Below, piece after piece: positions 1 to 9,410 of a stretch of 64,000 nt of DNA. Location: contig JAYSTI010000001.1 of the NCBI GenBank assembly GCA_043719805.1, positions 215,770 to 279,769 of the forward strand, given 5' to 3'. How positions within the stretch are numbered: the first letter of the stretch is position 1; every line of letters starts with the position of its first letter. The notes beneath the pieces are model-generated. The model had not been told where the DNA came from. It did not search any database and saw nothing but the letters and a program-made list of their open reading frames with translations. A program made the position numbers and the translations under genes. Source of the DNA: Candidatus Lloydbacteria bacterium. Its GTDB lineage: Bacteria > Patescibacteriota > Minisyncoccia > Phycocordibacterales > UBA6899.

Positions 1-2649
1 CGGTCGGGATATGTGGTGCCACCTAGATTGGGGGTAAGTATTCTGTCCACAGTTCCATTCCCGTCAATATCTACGGTCAGAGGGGTTGCGCTTGTTGGAT
101 CACTCTCGGGAGGCATAGTGAATGTTGCAACCGTGCTCGGGGATACGGGGATGGAGGCGAAGGTGGTACTTGCGAGCACCTCGTCGCCGCGTCTGCGTTC
201 TACATCTAAACTAAACGTGCCTGTGGCATATCCGTGAAGGGACAGATGCTGTGCTACCCCTGCATCAGCAATAATGTATTTCACATCCCCCAGTGTGCCA
301 TAGCGAGAGCCGGGGATGTTTTGCTCCAGCATTCCGGATGTCGTTGAAATGCCGGTGTGATTTCCTAGCGCATCGTAGAGGTCGAGAGTAAGCGGGGAAT
401 GAAGGGTGTAAATGTATTCTGTACTTAATTTTTCACTGAGTGCGGCGGTAGAAGTTGCGATGTAGTTGAGCGGGGGCAACGATGCGTTGGTGAGTTTGGA
501 TTTAATTAATTCGATAAGAGACTGAACTTCCGTGATGTTTTTATGATCTCGGTCAATATTTCCCGCTGTTGCTGAGTTATATTTCCACAAATCCACCCAA
601 TATCTCTCCACATTCGGAGAACTCGTCGACATCCAAAGAGCGCTCGGCACCACAACCGTACCGTCTCCTTCGGTGGTGAAGTTCGGCCTATATTTTTTCA
701 CCTCGTAGTAAGGGCCGCATTCTTCGTGCGAGCCAATCGAATATGTATTTTGAACTATCCTGCAGTCTTGTTTCTCTTCAGTGTAATAACTCACACCAGA
801 AATAGTCGACTCACCCCAACCTGCGATTTGAATTACCCGTGTCGATGTCGCGGGTTGCCAATCGTCGATCTGTGCGTGAGTCATTAATGCTTGATCAAGG
901 AGGCCCTCTTTGAGCACATTTGGTGCATCAGGATCATTGTCGGCGGGCTCGGTGCGACCCTCGCTTCCCAAAAGAAATCCACGGAGTTCTGTCATATTGC
1001 TTACCAACAAGCCATAGCGTGCACGCTCATTTGCATACAGGGGGGAATTGGTGAATGTGACGAGCTTGCTCGTGATGGATGAGTAGCTCACTGTGTCAAA
1101 ATATTTTTGTGACGGCATAAGCGCATAACCGCTCGGCATGTTTTCTCCCAATGTGCGCGCGTGCATCTCATCAAGAAAAACCGATATACCGAGATCAGTG
1201 CCGTGCAGAAGTCCGCCAACGGCCTTTGGTGTTCCGATTTGCGGAACCGCAACGAGAATCAGATTGTCGACCAGGTCTTCCCTCCCCATTTCACGCAGTT
1301 TCAGCATGAGTCGCTTTGCGACCAAGCCCCCATTTGAATGCGCGATAATCGTCACCTTCTTGGTGCGTGACGAGCTCGCCATGCGGAGGAATTCATCGAG
1401 GATATATGTACCCGGTGCCCCACCATAAAATACCTTGTCACCATCACGGACTCCCTTCTCAAGCACATCATCGATAGAAAGCCGCCAGTCGTATGGTGTG
1501 ACGGCAAAATCCCTAATTATGCGCTCATCATCCCTCCAAGATTTCAGATCTTTGAGAAATGTTTTGTATATATTTGTTCCTGCAATCGGAAGTGGTACTT
1601 CCTCGAGCGGTCCGCGAATGATGCTTGTATAGATATTGCCAAGGATACTTGAGCCCATGGGATTCAAATAGAGTTTCTCCGCGTCGGCATCACTGTTGGC
1701 AAGCCAGAGTTGATTTTCACAGCTAAGAAAGAGGCAATTTGGATCAGTCCAATATAGTCGACTTGCTTCTAAGCCTGGCAGAAACAGCACATTCGAATTG
1801 CAATTCTCAACCCCGGCACACGGGTCACCCGGCGTTTCATCCACGGGCGGCGACAAGAGCCACGGTGAGTAGTCCACCCGCGAAGAAACCAGATTCCCCA
1901 TGGAGATGATTCCTGCATATGTTGTCGGCCCACCAAATGCCCCCCACCAGTTATTCGTCGCATCGACAACCTTCATGCTTTCATTGAATATCCCATATAC
2001 GAGATTGTCATAAATACTCGAGTGATTCACCGAGAGCGTACCGTCAAGCACATGAATACCGTATTGCACGGTGTGTGCAATCTCCGAGTTCGTGATGGTG
2101 GTCGTTCCTGCCAACTGCTGTATGCCATAGGATTCATTGTGCACAATCCTGACGTGATTGAGACTGAGTATTCCGCCATCGTTCTTCACGAGCGAGCAGT
2201 TGGTACGCCACCCATAGGAGTTAAGTGCCGCGCCACCGTAGCGGATGGTGGTGTTCTCTATGGTCGTCCGTGAGCCGGGGTTGAGCATGATGCTGCACCA
2301 GTTTCCCGATGCGGGGACGGTTGAGCTACCGTCGTTATTCGTGTCGCCGCCCACCGAGTCGTCACTAATTGAGGTGATGACTACGGGGGCGCCACTCGGT
2401 GCGCCAATGATAAGCGTGCCGCTCACGTGGAGTGGAGAACCATCACGCATGACCTTCACAATAGTTCCGGGAAGGATGGTGAGGGTTGCGGCGGGGAGGA
2501 TACTGACGCCGGTCACAATGTATGGACTGTCTGCCGCGGTCCATGTCGTATCACTCACTATCGGGCCGGACACTTCTGTGGCGGCGAGGGCGGGGGTCCA
2601 TGCGAGGAGGGAGAGGAGGGTGGAGAGCGCTACGGCGGACTTGCGCATG
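1..2649 (-). CDS. Secreted parallel beta-helix / alpha-beta-hydrolase (lipase-like) protein. The 3' end lies outside the window, which is why it is absent from the ORF track.
   Basis: Minus-strand ATG at 2649 (atgcgcaag). Signal-peptide-like N-terminus MRKSAVALSTLLSLLAWTPALAA. Beta-helix-repeat-like stretch TNSEIAHTVQYGIHVLDGTLSVNHSSIYDN. GxSxG nucleophile elbow IIAHSNGGLVAKRL. The frame stays open to position 1 (2649 nt = 883 codons). The plus-strand ORFs listed in 1-2660 are short shadow ORFs. Confidence 0.6.
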
Positions 2650-2739
2650 GTGGTGGTGTAGTTAGTGTGTATTGGTCCTTAAACTACTCCATGGGACGTG
2701 GAATGCAAGGAGGTGCGGAATTTGGCCACATTGTTTAAC

Positions 2740-2863
2740 TTTGCACCATTGTGCACATGCCCTCGACTCATCCAAGGCCACGCGTGAGCTCGGCTGGAAA
2801 CCACTGAAGGATTTTGAACAAGGACTCAAGGAAACATTCGACCACTACCGCGCCTTGAAGTAG
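2740..2863 (+). pseudogene. Orphan 3'-terminal fragment (copy A) of an rmlB-like NAD-dependent sugar dehydratase/epimerase gene
   Basis: Encodes ...ALDSSKATRELGWKPLKDFEQGLKETFDHYRALK*, a typical C-terminus of dTDP-glucose 4,6-dehydratase-like SDRs. There is no upstream gene body. About 90% nucleotide identity to copy C at 4890-5010. Confidence 0.55.
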
Positions 2864-2905
2864 TAAAACAGTGTGGCTCGACTCTTCTTGTTTTGCTACT
2901 CCGAA

Positions 2906-3973
2906 TTAGACGGTCTTCTTGGCTTCGTTTTTCGCTCGCTCAATCATGAAATGCACCACGGGGAGCATGTTGGTTTCCTGAAGCGCGATATGGGGATATT
3001 TGCGCGCAAAGACGCGGTATATCTCGTCGGCAAATGCCTGCCCCACAACCGGAACTTTAGCAAAATCAAAAACTATGACTTTAAATTTTTCCAAACCCGA
3101 AAGAATTCGACGTGCCTGAGAGCGTGAAATATGTACCCCTGCCGCCGCATAAAGGTTGACGCGGACTTCAGTCTTGTCAAAACCATAATCACTCTCATCC
3201 CCGATGTTCGTATATTTTCTAAACACATCACTTAAATGTTGCGATGCAGAAACGTTAAGTTGAAAGGTGACCCTCGTGCCCTTTTTTCGTTGTTTCACTT
3301 GCTCGATAAATACATCTTTAATTGTATTGTCCATGGTGACGCGATACCCAAAGCTCTCTAGGAGAAAGGTATCCCCTATCTTTGAAGTGAAAAATATACC
3401 TTCACCGGAATGAGACGTCGGCATTGTCGTCGTTTTCCCCTTTAAGAGATCCTGAATCGCCTCCAACTCCGAGTGGAGAGATTTCTTCTGCATGATATTT
3501 TTGAATATACCCACCCCGGAATCCTCGATGATAAACGTAAGTATTTTGCCGCGCGCCAACACGTCAACGTGTACTACTGTTGACCGTGAATGTTCGATCG
3601 CGTTGTTTAACATCTCGGAAAATGCAAATGCGAAAATACTTCTAATATTTTCCGGCATTTTTTTTAATTTGGAAAATTTACTTTCCACGTCGTTCAATAC
3701 ATTGTGTTCTTCAAGCGCGACATTTCGAAATGTTTTTGTGTATGACGCGGGAAAAATCTCCGGATGTTTTCGTGCGTATTCCGGAAGTACGTAAAATGCA
3801 CTTCTTGTAGACCCAATTTTTACAAGTCGCTGCTCACGAACAAGTTCTCCGACAAGTGCGCTTGCGTACTGTCGAGAAACACCAAAGGATGCGACGAGAT
3901 GGCTCGTGAGTATCTTCCCTACAGCTTTGCCTCTCTTCAATATTTCACCTTTCGTCAGCATGTTGCAAGACAA
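2906..3973 (-). CDS. HTH / histidine-kinase-like ATPase (HATPase_c) / C-terminal STAS-like (DUF4325-like) protein. Likely cassette cargo.
   Basis: N-terminal wHTH-like segment (GKILTSHLVASFGVSRQYASALVGELVREQRLVK). GHKL ATPase motifs (FSEMLNNAIEHS ... IIEDSGVGIF). C-terminal STAS-like segment (VIVFDFAKVPVVGQAFADEIYRVF). AT-rich. Flanked by the rmlB-like fragments. Confidence 0.55.
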   Translation of the reverse strand: MSCNMLTKGEILKRGKAVGKILTSHLVASFGVSRQYASALVGELVREQRLVKIGSTRSAFYVLPEYARKHPEIFPASYTKTFRNVALEEHNVLNDVESKFSKLKKMPENIRSIFAFAFSEMLNNAIEHSRSTVVHVDVLARGKILTFIIEDSGVGIFKNIMQKKSLHSELEAIQDLLKGKTTTMPTSHSGEGIFFTSKIGDTFLLESFGYRVTMDNTIKDVFIEQVKQRKKGTRVTFQLNVSASQHLSDVFRKYTNIGDESDYGFDKTEVRVNLYAAAGVHISRSQARRILSGLEKFKVIVFDFAKVPVVGQAFADEIYRVFARKYPHIALQETNMLPVVHFMIERAKNEAKKTV

Positions 3974-4044
3974 TTGTAAACCAAGATAGGATTAATTGTC
4001 AAGTAATTGACAACCCCCCACGGCGTCAGTATGCGCGGAAAACG

Positions 4045-4140
4045 AACTTCGGAGCAACGACATCCGCTACGCCCTCGACTCATCCAAAGCCACCCGCGAA
4101 CTCGACTGGAAGTCGCTAAAGAATTTCGAGTAAGCACTCA
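4045..4140 (+). pseudogene. Orphan rmlB-like 3' fragment, copy B, with an in-frame stop
   Basis: Encodes IRYALDSSKATRELDWKSLKNFE*ALKETFSHYDTLG. Homologous to copies A and C but more diverged and interrupted by TAA. Confidence 0.5.
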
Positions 4141-4177
4141 AAGAAACGTTCAGCCACTATGACACTCTGGGGTGCAG

Positions 4178-4435
4178 CTACCGATAAACATCCTTGCGAT
4201 GCTGAATACGAAGGATGATTATGGCATGCCTATCGAGGTCGAAGATGATACGAAAATTGCCGACACGGAGACGATACTCCCCCGCAACATGATTATGTAA
4301 TTTCTTCGCCACTACGCCAATGTCGCCCAGCGAAGCAAAATGGACGAGCTTTTTATGCAATAGCCGTCGCACTGTTATGTTTTGTTTTTCAATATCCTTC
4401 TGCGCCCCCCTTGTGAACAATACTTTATACGGCAT
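4178..4435 (-). CDS. relE: RelE/ParE-family type II toxin
   Basis: 85 aa. GEYRLRVGNFRIIFDLDRHAIIILRIQHRKDVY matches the RelE/StbE core. The stop is 3 bp from the upstream antitoxin gene. Confidence 0.8.
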   Translation of the reverse strand: MPYKVLFTRGAQKDIEKQNITVRRLLHKKLVHFASLGDIGVVAKKLHNHVAGEYRLRVGNFRIIFDLDRHAIIILRIQHRKDVYR

Positions 4436-4438
4436 ACA

Positions 4439-4693
4439 CTAGACAATGTCTGCAAAGAGGTCGTGCATGTTCACCACATCCCCTTTTGCGTACTCTTTGC
4501 GCGCAGTCCTGATGCTCGCCAAAAACACCTTGTCTCTTGCCGATAGAAGATCCTCAAACTCATCTATACCCATCAATACCGCAGTGGGAATAGCCCGCTC
4601 AGTGATTACAAGCGGCATCTTGCTTGATTTCACGTGATCCATACTTACCTTGAAATTACTTCGCAGTGCTGTGGCGTTGATTGTTTTTATCAT
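4439..4693 (-). CDS. Phd/YefM-family antitoxin
   Basis: 84 aa. Phd/YefM-like N-terminus (MIKTINATALRSNFKVSMDHVKSSKMPLVITERAIPTAVLMGIDEFEDL). Lies immediately upstream of the RelE-like gene on the same strand. Confidence 0.75.
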   Translation of the reverse strand: MIKTINATALRSNFKVSMDHVKSSKMPLVITERAIPTAVLMGIDEFEDLLSARDKVFLASIRTARKEYAKGDVVNMHDLFADIV

Positions 4694-4857
4694 ATACAGA
4701 CAGAATATACACTCCAGTTGTACATGTCAAATGTACGGTCTGCGGGGAGGCCACACAGCAAACATGCGGTGAAATTAAGATATTAATCCAAAGTGTTAGT
4801 AAATTCATGTAAATTTGTAAAGTTCATATGTGCAATTCGCAAATATCATGCCTTGAC

Positions 4858-5010
4858 GGCCTCGGCCACGATACCTTCCCGCACTACGGCAGACGGGTCC
4901 GCTACGCCCTTGATTCGCGTAAGGCCACGCGTGAGCTCTGCTGGAAACCACTGAAGGATTTTGAACAGGGGCTCAAAGAAACATTCGACCACTACCGCTC
5001 CCTCAAATAA
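4858..5010 (+). pseudogene. Orphan rmlB-like 3' fragment, copy C. Longest copy, about 50 codons.
   Basis: Encodes ...HYGRRVRYALDSRKATRELCWKPLKDFEQGLKETFDHYRSLK*. No N-terminal dehydratase body upstream (4700-4850 is non-coding and AT-rich). Confidence 0.55.
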
Positions 5011-5036
5011 CAAAACATCCGCGAGCGGATGTCTTG

Positions 5037-6292
5037 TTATTGGCACAATTTTTTATAATATTCAATTTGCTTCTCAATCAAGATGTTCTGGTCATAGTGG
5101 ACAAGCGCATGAGCCCTCGCTGCATCACTCATATCAGCCCACATTTCAGGATCTTCCATAAATTTGAGAATTGCATTCGCCATTGAATCGGGATTATTTT
5201 CTTCTCCGAGGTATCCGTTCTTTCCGTCCTCAACCTGCTCCGGAAAACCGCTGTGGCGTGTCGCCACCACGGGAAGTCCTGTCGCTAGTGCTTGTGAAAT
5301 TACTGTATTCATAATTATTATTCCATATCACCGTTCGCTGCGGTCTTCGACGTCTGCACGTACAACTGCATTTGTAAAAAATATTGAATGATATCTTCCA
5401 CCTTCATGTACCCCCTCCACTCAACTACATCCATTACGCCGAGCGAGGTCGCAAGATTGCGTAACTTTTCCTCCGCCTCCTTTGGCCCGCCCACAATGTG
5501 ACACACGAATTTTTGCTTGGCCTTCGACTTCAGAAGTGCCAGTGCGCGCAACAAATCATCAAACCCCTTTTTCTCAACAAAGCGGCCGACAGAGAGCATG
5601 TGAAAGATCCCATCTTTCGCAACCTCGCGCCTTGCAAACGGATACGAAACAACATCGATCGACACCGGCAGGGAAATAACCTTTGCGGGGTCAAACCCGA
5701 GTGCGACCACGCGTTCCTTCATGTTTTCCGACATCGTAAAGAAGAGAGATGCCTCATTGCGTAATCGATCGTAATAATGCACTCCTTTTTGCTGTATGCT
5801 TTGGCTCACGTCTGCCCCGTAGAAGGTAACGACCATACGTTGAGGTAACTTAAGAATCTCGCGAATGACAAGAAATTTATTCGCAATCGGCCCAAAATGA
5901 CAATGCACAAGATCAAATGCTTCTCCAATGAAGGGCTCAGCCCAAAAAATGGTTTTCCCCGACAGCGCATTGCGTCCATACTTGAATACGTTTGCCGCTC
6001 GTAAAAGTGCCATCGGATTCTTTGCGAGCAGATGAACCTTCTTCGGAATGATGTGTGCCATACGCGACAACAGCCCCTTTGGCATTTCGAGCACCTTAGT
6101 TCGTAATTGCATCTTGTGTGAAAAATATCGATCAGAGATATTCTCCAAACTTCCCTGCCTGAAAGTGAATATCGTCACATCAATCCCACGATCGATGAGG
6201 TCCGCAATCTGATTAATAATAAACGTCTCAGACACAACGGGAAATATCCCGACAACAAACGCAACGCGTATTTTCTTTGAATCAACTTTCAT
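5037..6292 (-). pseudogene. GT4 glycosyltransferase interrupted by a frameshift at about 5313-5318
   Basis: ORF 5318-6292 is a GT4 N-terminal domain. ORF 5037-5312 is a GT4 C-terminal domain (ALATGLPVVATRHSGFPEQVEDGKNGYL). The two are in different frames: ...ANGDME-taa taa, then ATG in the +2 frame, and reading through gives GIIIMNTVISQ. Confidence 0.65.
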
Positions 6293-6328
6293 TGCCTTAG
6301 CTTAGCAGAAAAATTCACACAAATTGAT

Positions 6329-6357
6329 TGACATTCTTTTGTATATATGATAAAATT
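6329..6357 (+). promoter_or_regulatory. Sigma70-like promoter, predicted
   Basis: ttgaca - 17 bp - taaaat in an AT-rich stretch (ttgacattcttttgtatatatgataaaat) about 35 bp upstream of the ATG at 6393. Confidence 0.4.
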
Positions 6358-6392
6358 TATGTAGAATTTTTGAACTCAAAATAGGATTTTCC

Positions 6393-6989
6393 ATGAGCAA
6401 AGATGTCGTTGACTTCATGCGAAACGCAAGCTGGGAAGAACTTGGCCCGATACTTCAGATTGTCGCAGACCGCGTCAACGAGAGCCGACGCGGGACGGGT
6501 GGCAATACGCCTCGTCCGATCTGGAGGGCATGTGTGGAGCTGGGGCCCTCTTATGCGTGTATCGAAATCGTGCTTTGGGTCAAAGATGACTCTGGAGAAA
6601 CCGTTGGCGTAGCCCTCAAAAAACGCGAAATGAGCGACCAGGGATGGGCTGGGAGCGAGCACGTAAATGGCTGCGCACTACGTCCGAACGATGACCTCGC
6701 GCGTGCTCAAGAGCGACTACTCGACGAGCTCACAGACGATGCTTGCCTGCGAGAACAACTCCGTACGTCATTCGAATCCCGGCATGCATTCATCGAAGTG
6801 CACCGGGAAGACCCCGAACGAAGCGTCAATTGCATGACCGCTGTTTGGGAAGCGTGGGTTCCCCTCTCTGCCATGACGCTCCTTAAGCCGGGATTTGTCT
6901 TTCGTCCGCTCAGCCAAATGTCAGCTGACGCGATTGTTGATCACCATCAGACCACGCTCGCGGACATGTACGCGAGCAGACTACGCTGA
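6393..6989 (+). CDS. Hypothetical protein with a degenerate Nudix-like box
   Basis: 198 aa. Locally GC-rich ORF with a good promoter. GCALRPNDDLARAQERLLDEL resembles a Nudix box with altered catalytic residues. Weak similarity to the WcaH-like Nudix pair at 56.3-57.5 kb. Confidence 0.3.
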   Translation: MSKDVVDFMRNASWEELGPILQIVADRVNESRRGTGGNTPRPIWRACVELGPSYACIEIVLWVKDDSGETVGVALKKREMSDQGWAGSEHVNGCALRPNDDLARAQERLLDELTDDACLREQLRTSFESRHAFIEVHREDPERSVNCMTAVWEAWVPLSAMTLLKPGFVFRPLSQMSADAIVDHHQTTLADMYASRLR

Positions 6990-7026
6990 AAACAGCAATT
7001 CACGCCGAGGCAATCCCTCGGCTTTT

Positions 7027-8133
7027 CTATTTGCCTGCAAAAAAATCCTTTACTGCGTTGATGACTGCTTGCTGGTCAGCCACTGATAGTTCGGGATAAA
7101 TTGGGAGTGAGAGTATCTCGCCCGAGATCGCTTCAGCGTTCGGGAACATCCCTATTTTGTATTTCAAAAATCGATACGCCTCTTGTGCCGGAACGAGCAT
7201 GGGATAATGGACCGACGTCGCAATACCACACTTCTTCAGATGCTCCTGAAGTGCGCTACGTTCTTTTGTGCGTATCACAAAGAGATGCCAAACGGGATGA
7301 TGCGCCCTATCTTCTGCAGGAGGAAGCACGATCGGTAGATACGAAAATGCCTTGAGATATCGACATGCGATCTGTGCGCGTTTCTTGTTCCAAGAAGGAA
7401 GTTTTGTAAGCGACCAAGAGAGAAGCGCAGCCTGCATCTCGTCGAGCCTGCTATTGATACCCTCGATTGCATTTTTGTATTTTGCGACCTCGCCATAATT
7501 ACGAAGTTGCCACATGCGCTCAGCGAGCTCTTTGCTGTTGGTCCCAACAGCGCCTCCGTCGCCAAATGCACCAAGATTCTTTGTTGGATAGAAACTGAAG
7601 CATGCGATATCTCCAAATGTACCGACCATGCGCTTCCCGATTCGCGCGCCCACCGCCTGTGCAACGTCCTCCACGACGAAGAGTTTGTGCTTCCGTGCGA
7701 CCCGCATGATCGCTCCCATATCCGCAGGATGTCCGTAGATGTGGACGGGCAATATCACCTTGGTTCTTTTTGTTATCTTCGCCTCAATATTTTTTGGGTT
7801 TATATTGTAGGTTGCAAGATCGATGTCAACAAATACGGGGGTCGCACCCGCCATGCGTATTGCGGATATTGTCGGTGTTGCCGTGTGCGGAGTCGTGATG
7901 ACCTCGTCCCCCTTCCCGACGCCAAGTGCCCGGAGTGCAAGGAATATCGCGTCAGTACCCGAGTTGACACCATACACATGTTTTAGTCCCGCGAACTCTG
8001 CAAACTTCTTTTCAAACTCCTCCCCCTCAACACCAAGAATGAACCATCCGCGCCTGAGAACACGCCGAATGGCAGCATCGATCGCTTTTTTATTATCTCT
8101 ATATTTCTTCTTGAAATCATTGAACGGTATCAT
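7027..8133 (-). CDS. DegT/DnrJ/EryC1/StrS-family PLP-dependent sugar aminotransferase
   Basis: 368 aa. Family-typical N-terminus (FNDFKKKYRDNKKAIDAAIRRVLRRGWFILGVEGEEFEKKFAEFAG...VNSGTDAI) and architecture. 4-bp ATGA overlap with the upstream gene. Confidence 0.9.
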   Translation of the reverse strand: MIPFNDFKKKYRDNKKAIDAAIRRVLRRGWFILGVEGEEFEKKFAEFAGLKHVYGVNSGTDAIFLALRALGVGKGDEVITTPHTATPTISAIRMAGATPVFVDIDLATYNINPKNIEAKITKRTKVILPVHIYGHPADMGAIMRVARKHKLFVVEDVAQAVGARIGKRMVGTFGDIACFSFYPTKNLGAFGDGGAVGTNSKELAERMWQLRNYGEVAKYKNAIEGINSRLDEMQAALLSWSLTKLPSWNKKRAQIACRYLKAFSYLPIVLPPAEDRAHHPVWHLFVIRTKERSALQEHLKKCGIATSVHYPMLVPAQEAYRFLKYKIGMFPNAEAISGEILSLPIYPELSVADQQAVINAVKDFFAGK

Positions 8134-9341
8134 GGGTGTGCTGCTGCGTAAGTCTTAAAATCTTCGTATTTTCGAATGTAATCTGGTTCGTCAAAATGGT
8201 CGGACGCAAGTACCAAGATAACGCAGTCTTTCGAAAATTGTCGCATGCTATGCCACAATTTTGGCCCCAGTCGAACACCAAAATCAGAAGAGTTAAGTAT
8301 GAACTTCTGATGTGTCGTTCCGTCATCGATGCGTAGCTGAAACGACCCACTTAAACAGAAGATAACCTGATCAAGCGTCTTGTGTGCATGTCCGCCACGC
8401 ACGGCATAAAAATCAGGGATGTCTTTTATCAGGTAAAAGCGCCTGATATCGAACGGTATACTCTTCTTCCCTTCTCCGGACATAAGTGTTCCTAATTCAG
8501 GGTTTTCCATGGAGGGGATCTGTACGATACCAGAATGTTTCACGCGAAGAGCAACTTTCTGCCCGACGGCAAACACCTCGAACCCCAAACGGCGGGAGAC
8601 TGACCTACCCGAAAGCAGATCGAGAAATTTCGTTCCCCGATTAATGGCACCGCCGATTAGCCTAAAGATTGGGTGGTGTATTTTCCATCGATAGACCCCG
8701 TAGGCAAAATAGAATCCGTCGATATTAATATTCTGCATGTAATATCGCTGAAACAGTTCCTGTAGTTCTCCACCTGAGAATGATCGCTCATGCCCATAGG
8801 AATATTCTTTCCCAAGTAGCCGTAACCCATTCTTGTACATAGTGTGCGGAAGATTCCATGAGTTCACTGCGGAGAGGATAAGCGTTCCCCCAGGTTTTAA
8901 TACGCGTATCATTTCTTTTACGGCATTTTGATACTGTGGGATATGCTGAATGACCGCATCACAAAACACAACATCGAATGCATCCTCGGCAAACGAGAGG
9001 CGGAAGGCATCTTCTTTTTGTACCGTCACATTAGTGAGGCCAAGTGCATTTTTGAGATTCATCATCCCCAAAATTGCAGTGTCCACAATGTCAGTAAGCG
9101 TCACGTGAGCGTCAGGAAACTCTGTGGCAAACTTTAATCCGTAACGCCCACTTCCTGCACCGATCTCCAAAATACTGCGTGCTCCTTCGGGAACGTACTT
9201 CTTAAACACAGGATACCCCTCAAGAAAAAGCCGCTGAAGAAAGATGTCATGCACACTCGGCGGATTGCCTCCCCACACCTCGCCCCACACGTCGTTGACT
9301 TGGTCTTGGGTGAGCGCTGGTTTTTTGTAATTATCCGTCAT
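8130..9341 (-). CDS. Fusion of a class I SAM methyltransferase with an FdtA/WxcM-like NDP-4-keto-6-deoxy-sugar 3,4-ketoisomerase (cupin)
   Basis: Motif I ILEIGAGSGRYG. C-terminal WxcM/FdtA-like cupin segment IPFDIRRFYLIKDIPDFYAVRGGHAHKTLDQVIFCLSGSFQLRIDDG. Probable start at MTDNYKK (9341); the ORF-track start is 9386. Confidence 0.75.
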   Translation of the reverse strand: MTDNYKKPALTQDQVNDVWGEVWGGNPPSVHDIFLQRLFLEGYPVFKKYVPEGARSILEIGAGSGRYGLKFATEFPDAHVTLTDIVDTAILGMMNLKNALGLTNVTVQKEDAFRLSFAEDAFDVVFCDAVIQHIPQYQNAVKEMIRVLKPGGTLILSAVNSWNLPHTMYKNGLRLLGKEYSYGHERSFSGGELQELFQRYYMQNINIDGFYFAYGVYRWKIHHPIFRLIGGAINRGTKFLDLLSGRSVSRRLGFEVFAVGQKVALRVKHSGIVQIPSMENPELGTLMSGEGKKSIPFDIRRFYLIKDIPDFYAVRGGHAHKTLDQVIFCLSGSFQLRIDDGTTHQKFILNSSDFGVRLGPKLWHSMRQFSKDCVILVLASDHFDEPDYIRKYEDFKTYAAAHP

Positions 9342-9410
9342 TTTGTGCTTTTCTGTTGCGTATTTATAACTCGACCGACCGCGCAAGGTGGCATTTATAC
9401 AGAGAATACC

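Noticed and set aside
13-2661. Numerous 60-140 aa plus-strand ORFs in the first 2.6 kb, for example 2245-2661 and 2427-2738
   Set aside because: These are shadow frames of the single long minus-strand secreted-protein gene that runs off the window edge. That gene shows coherent domains (signal peptide, beta-helix repeats, GxSxG), which explains the fragmented plus-strand calls.
2672-2863. The ORF-track call of a 63-aa protein, and similarly 4828-5010
   Set aside because: Only the C-terminal 30-50 codons resemble a real protein (an SDR dehydratase C-terminus). The N-terminal parts are out-of-context sequence. These are treated as gene-end remnants, not functional small genes.
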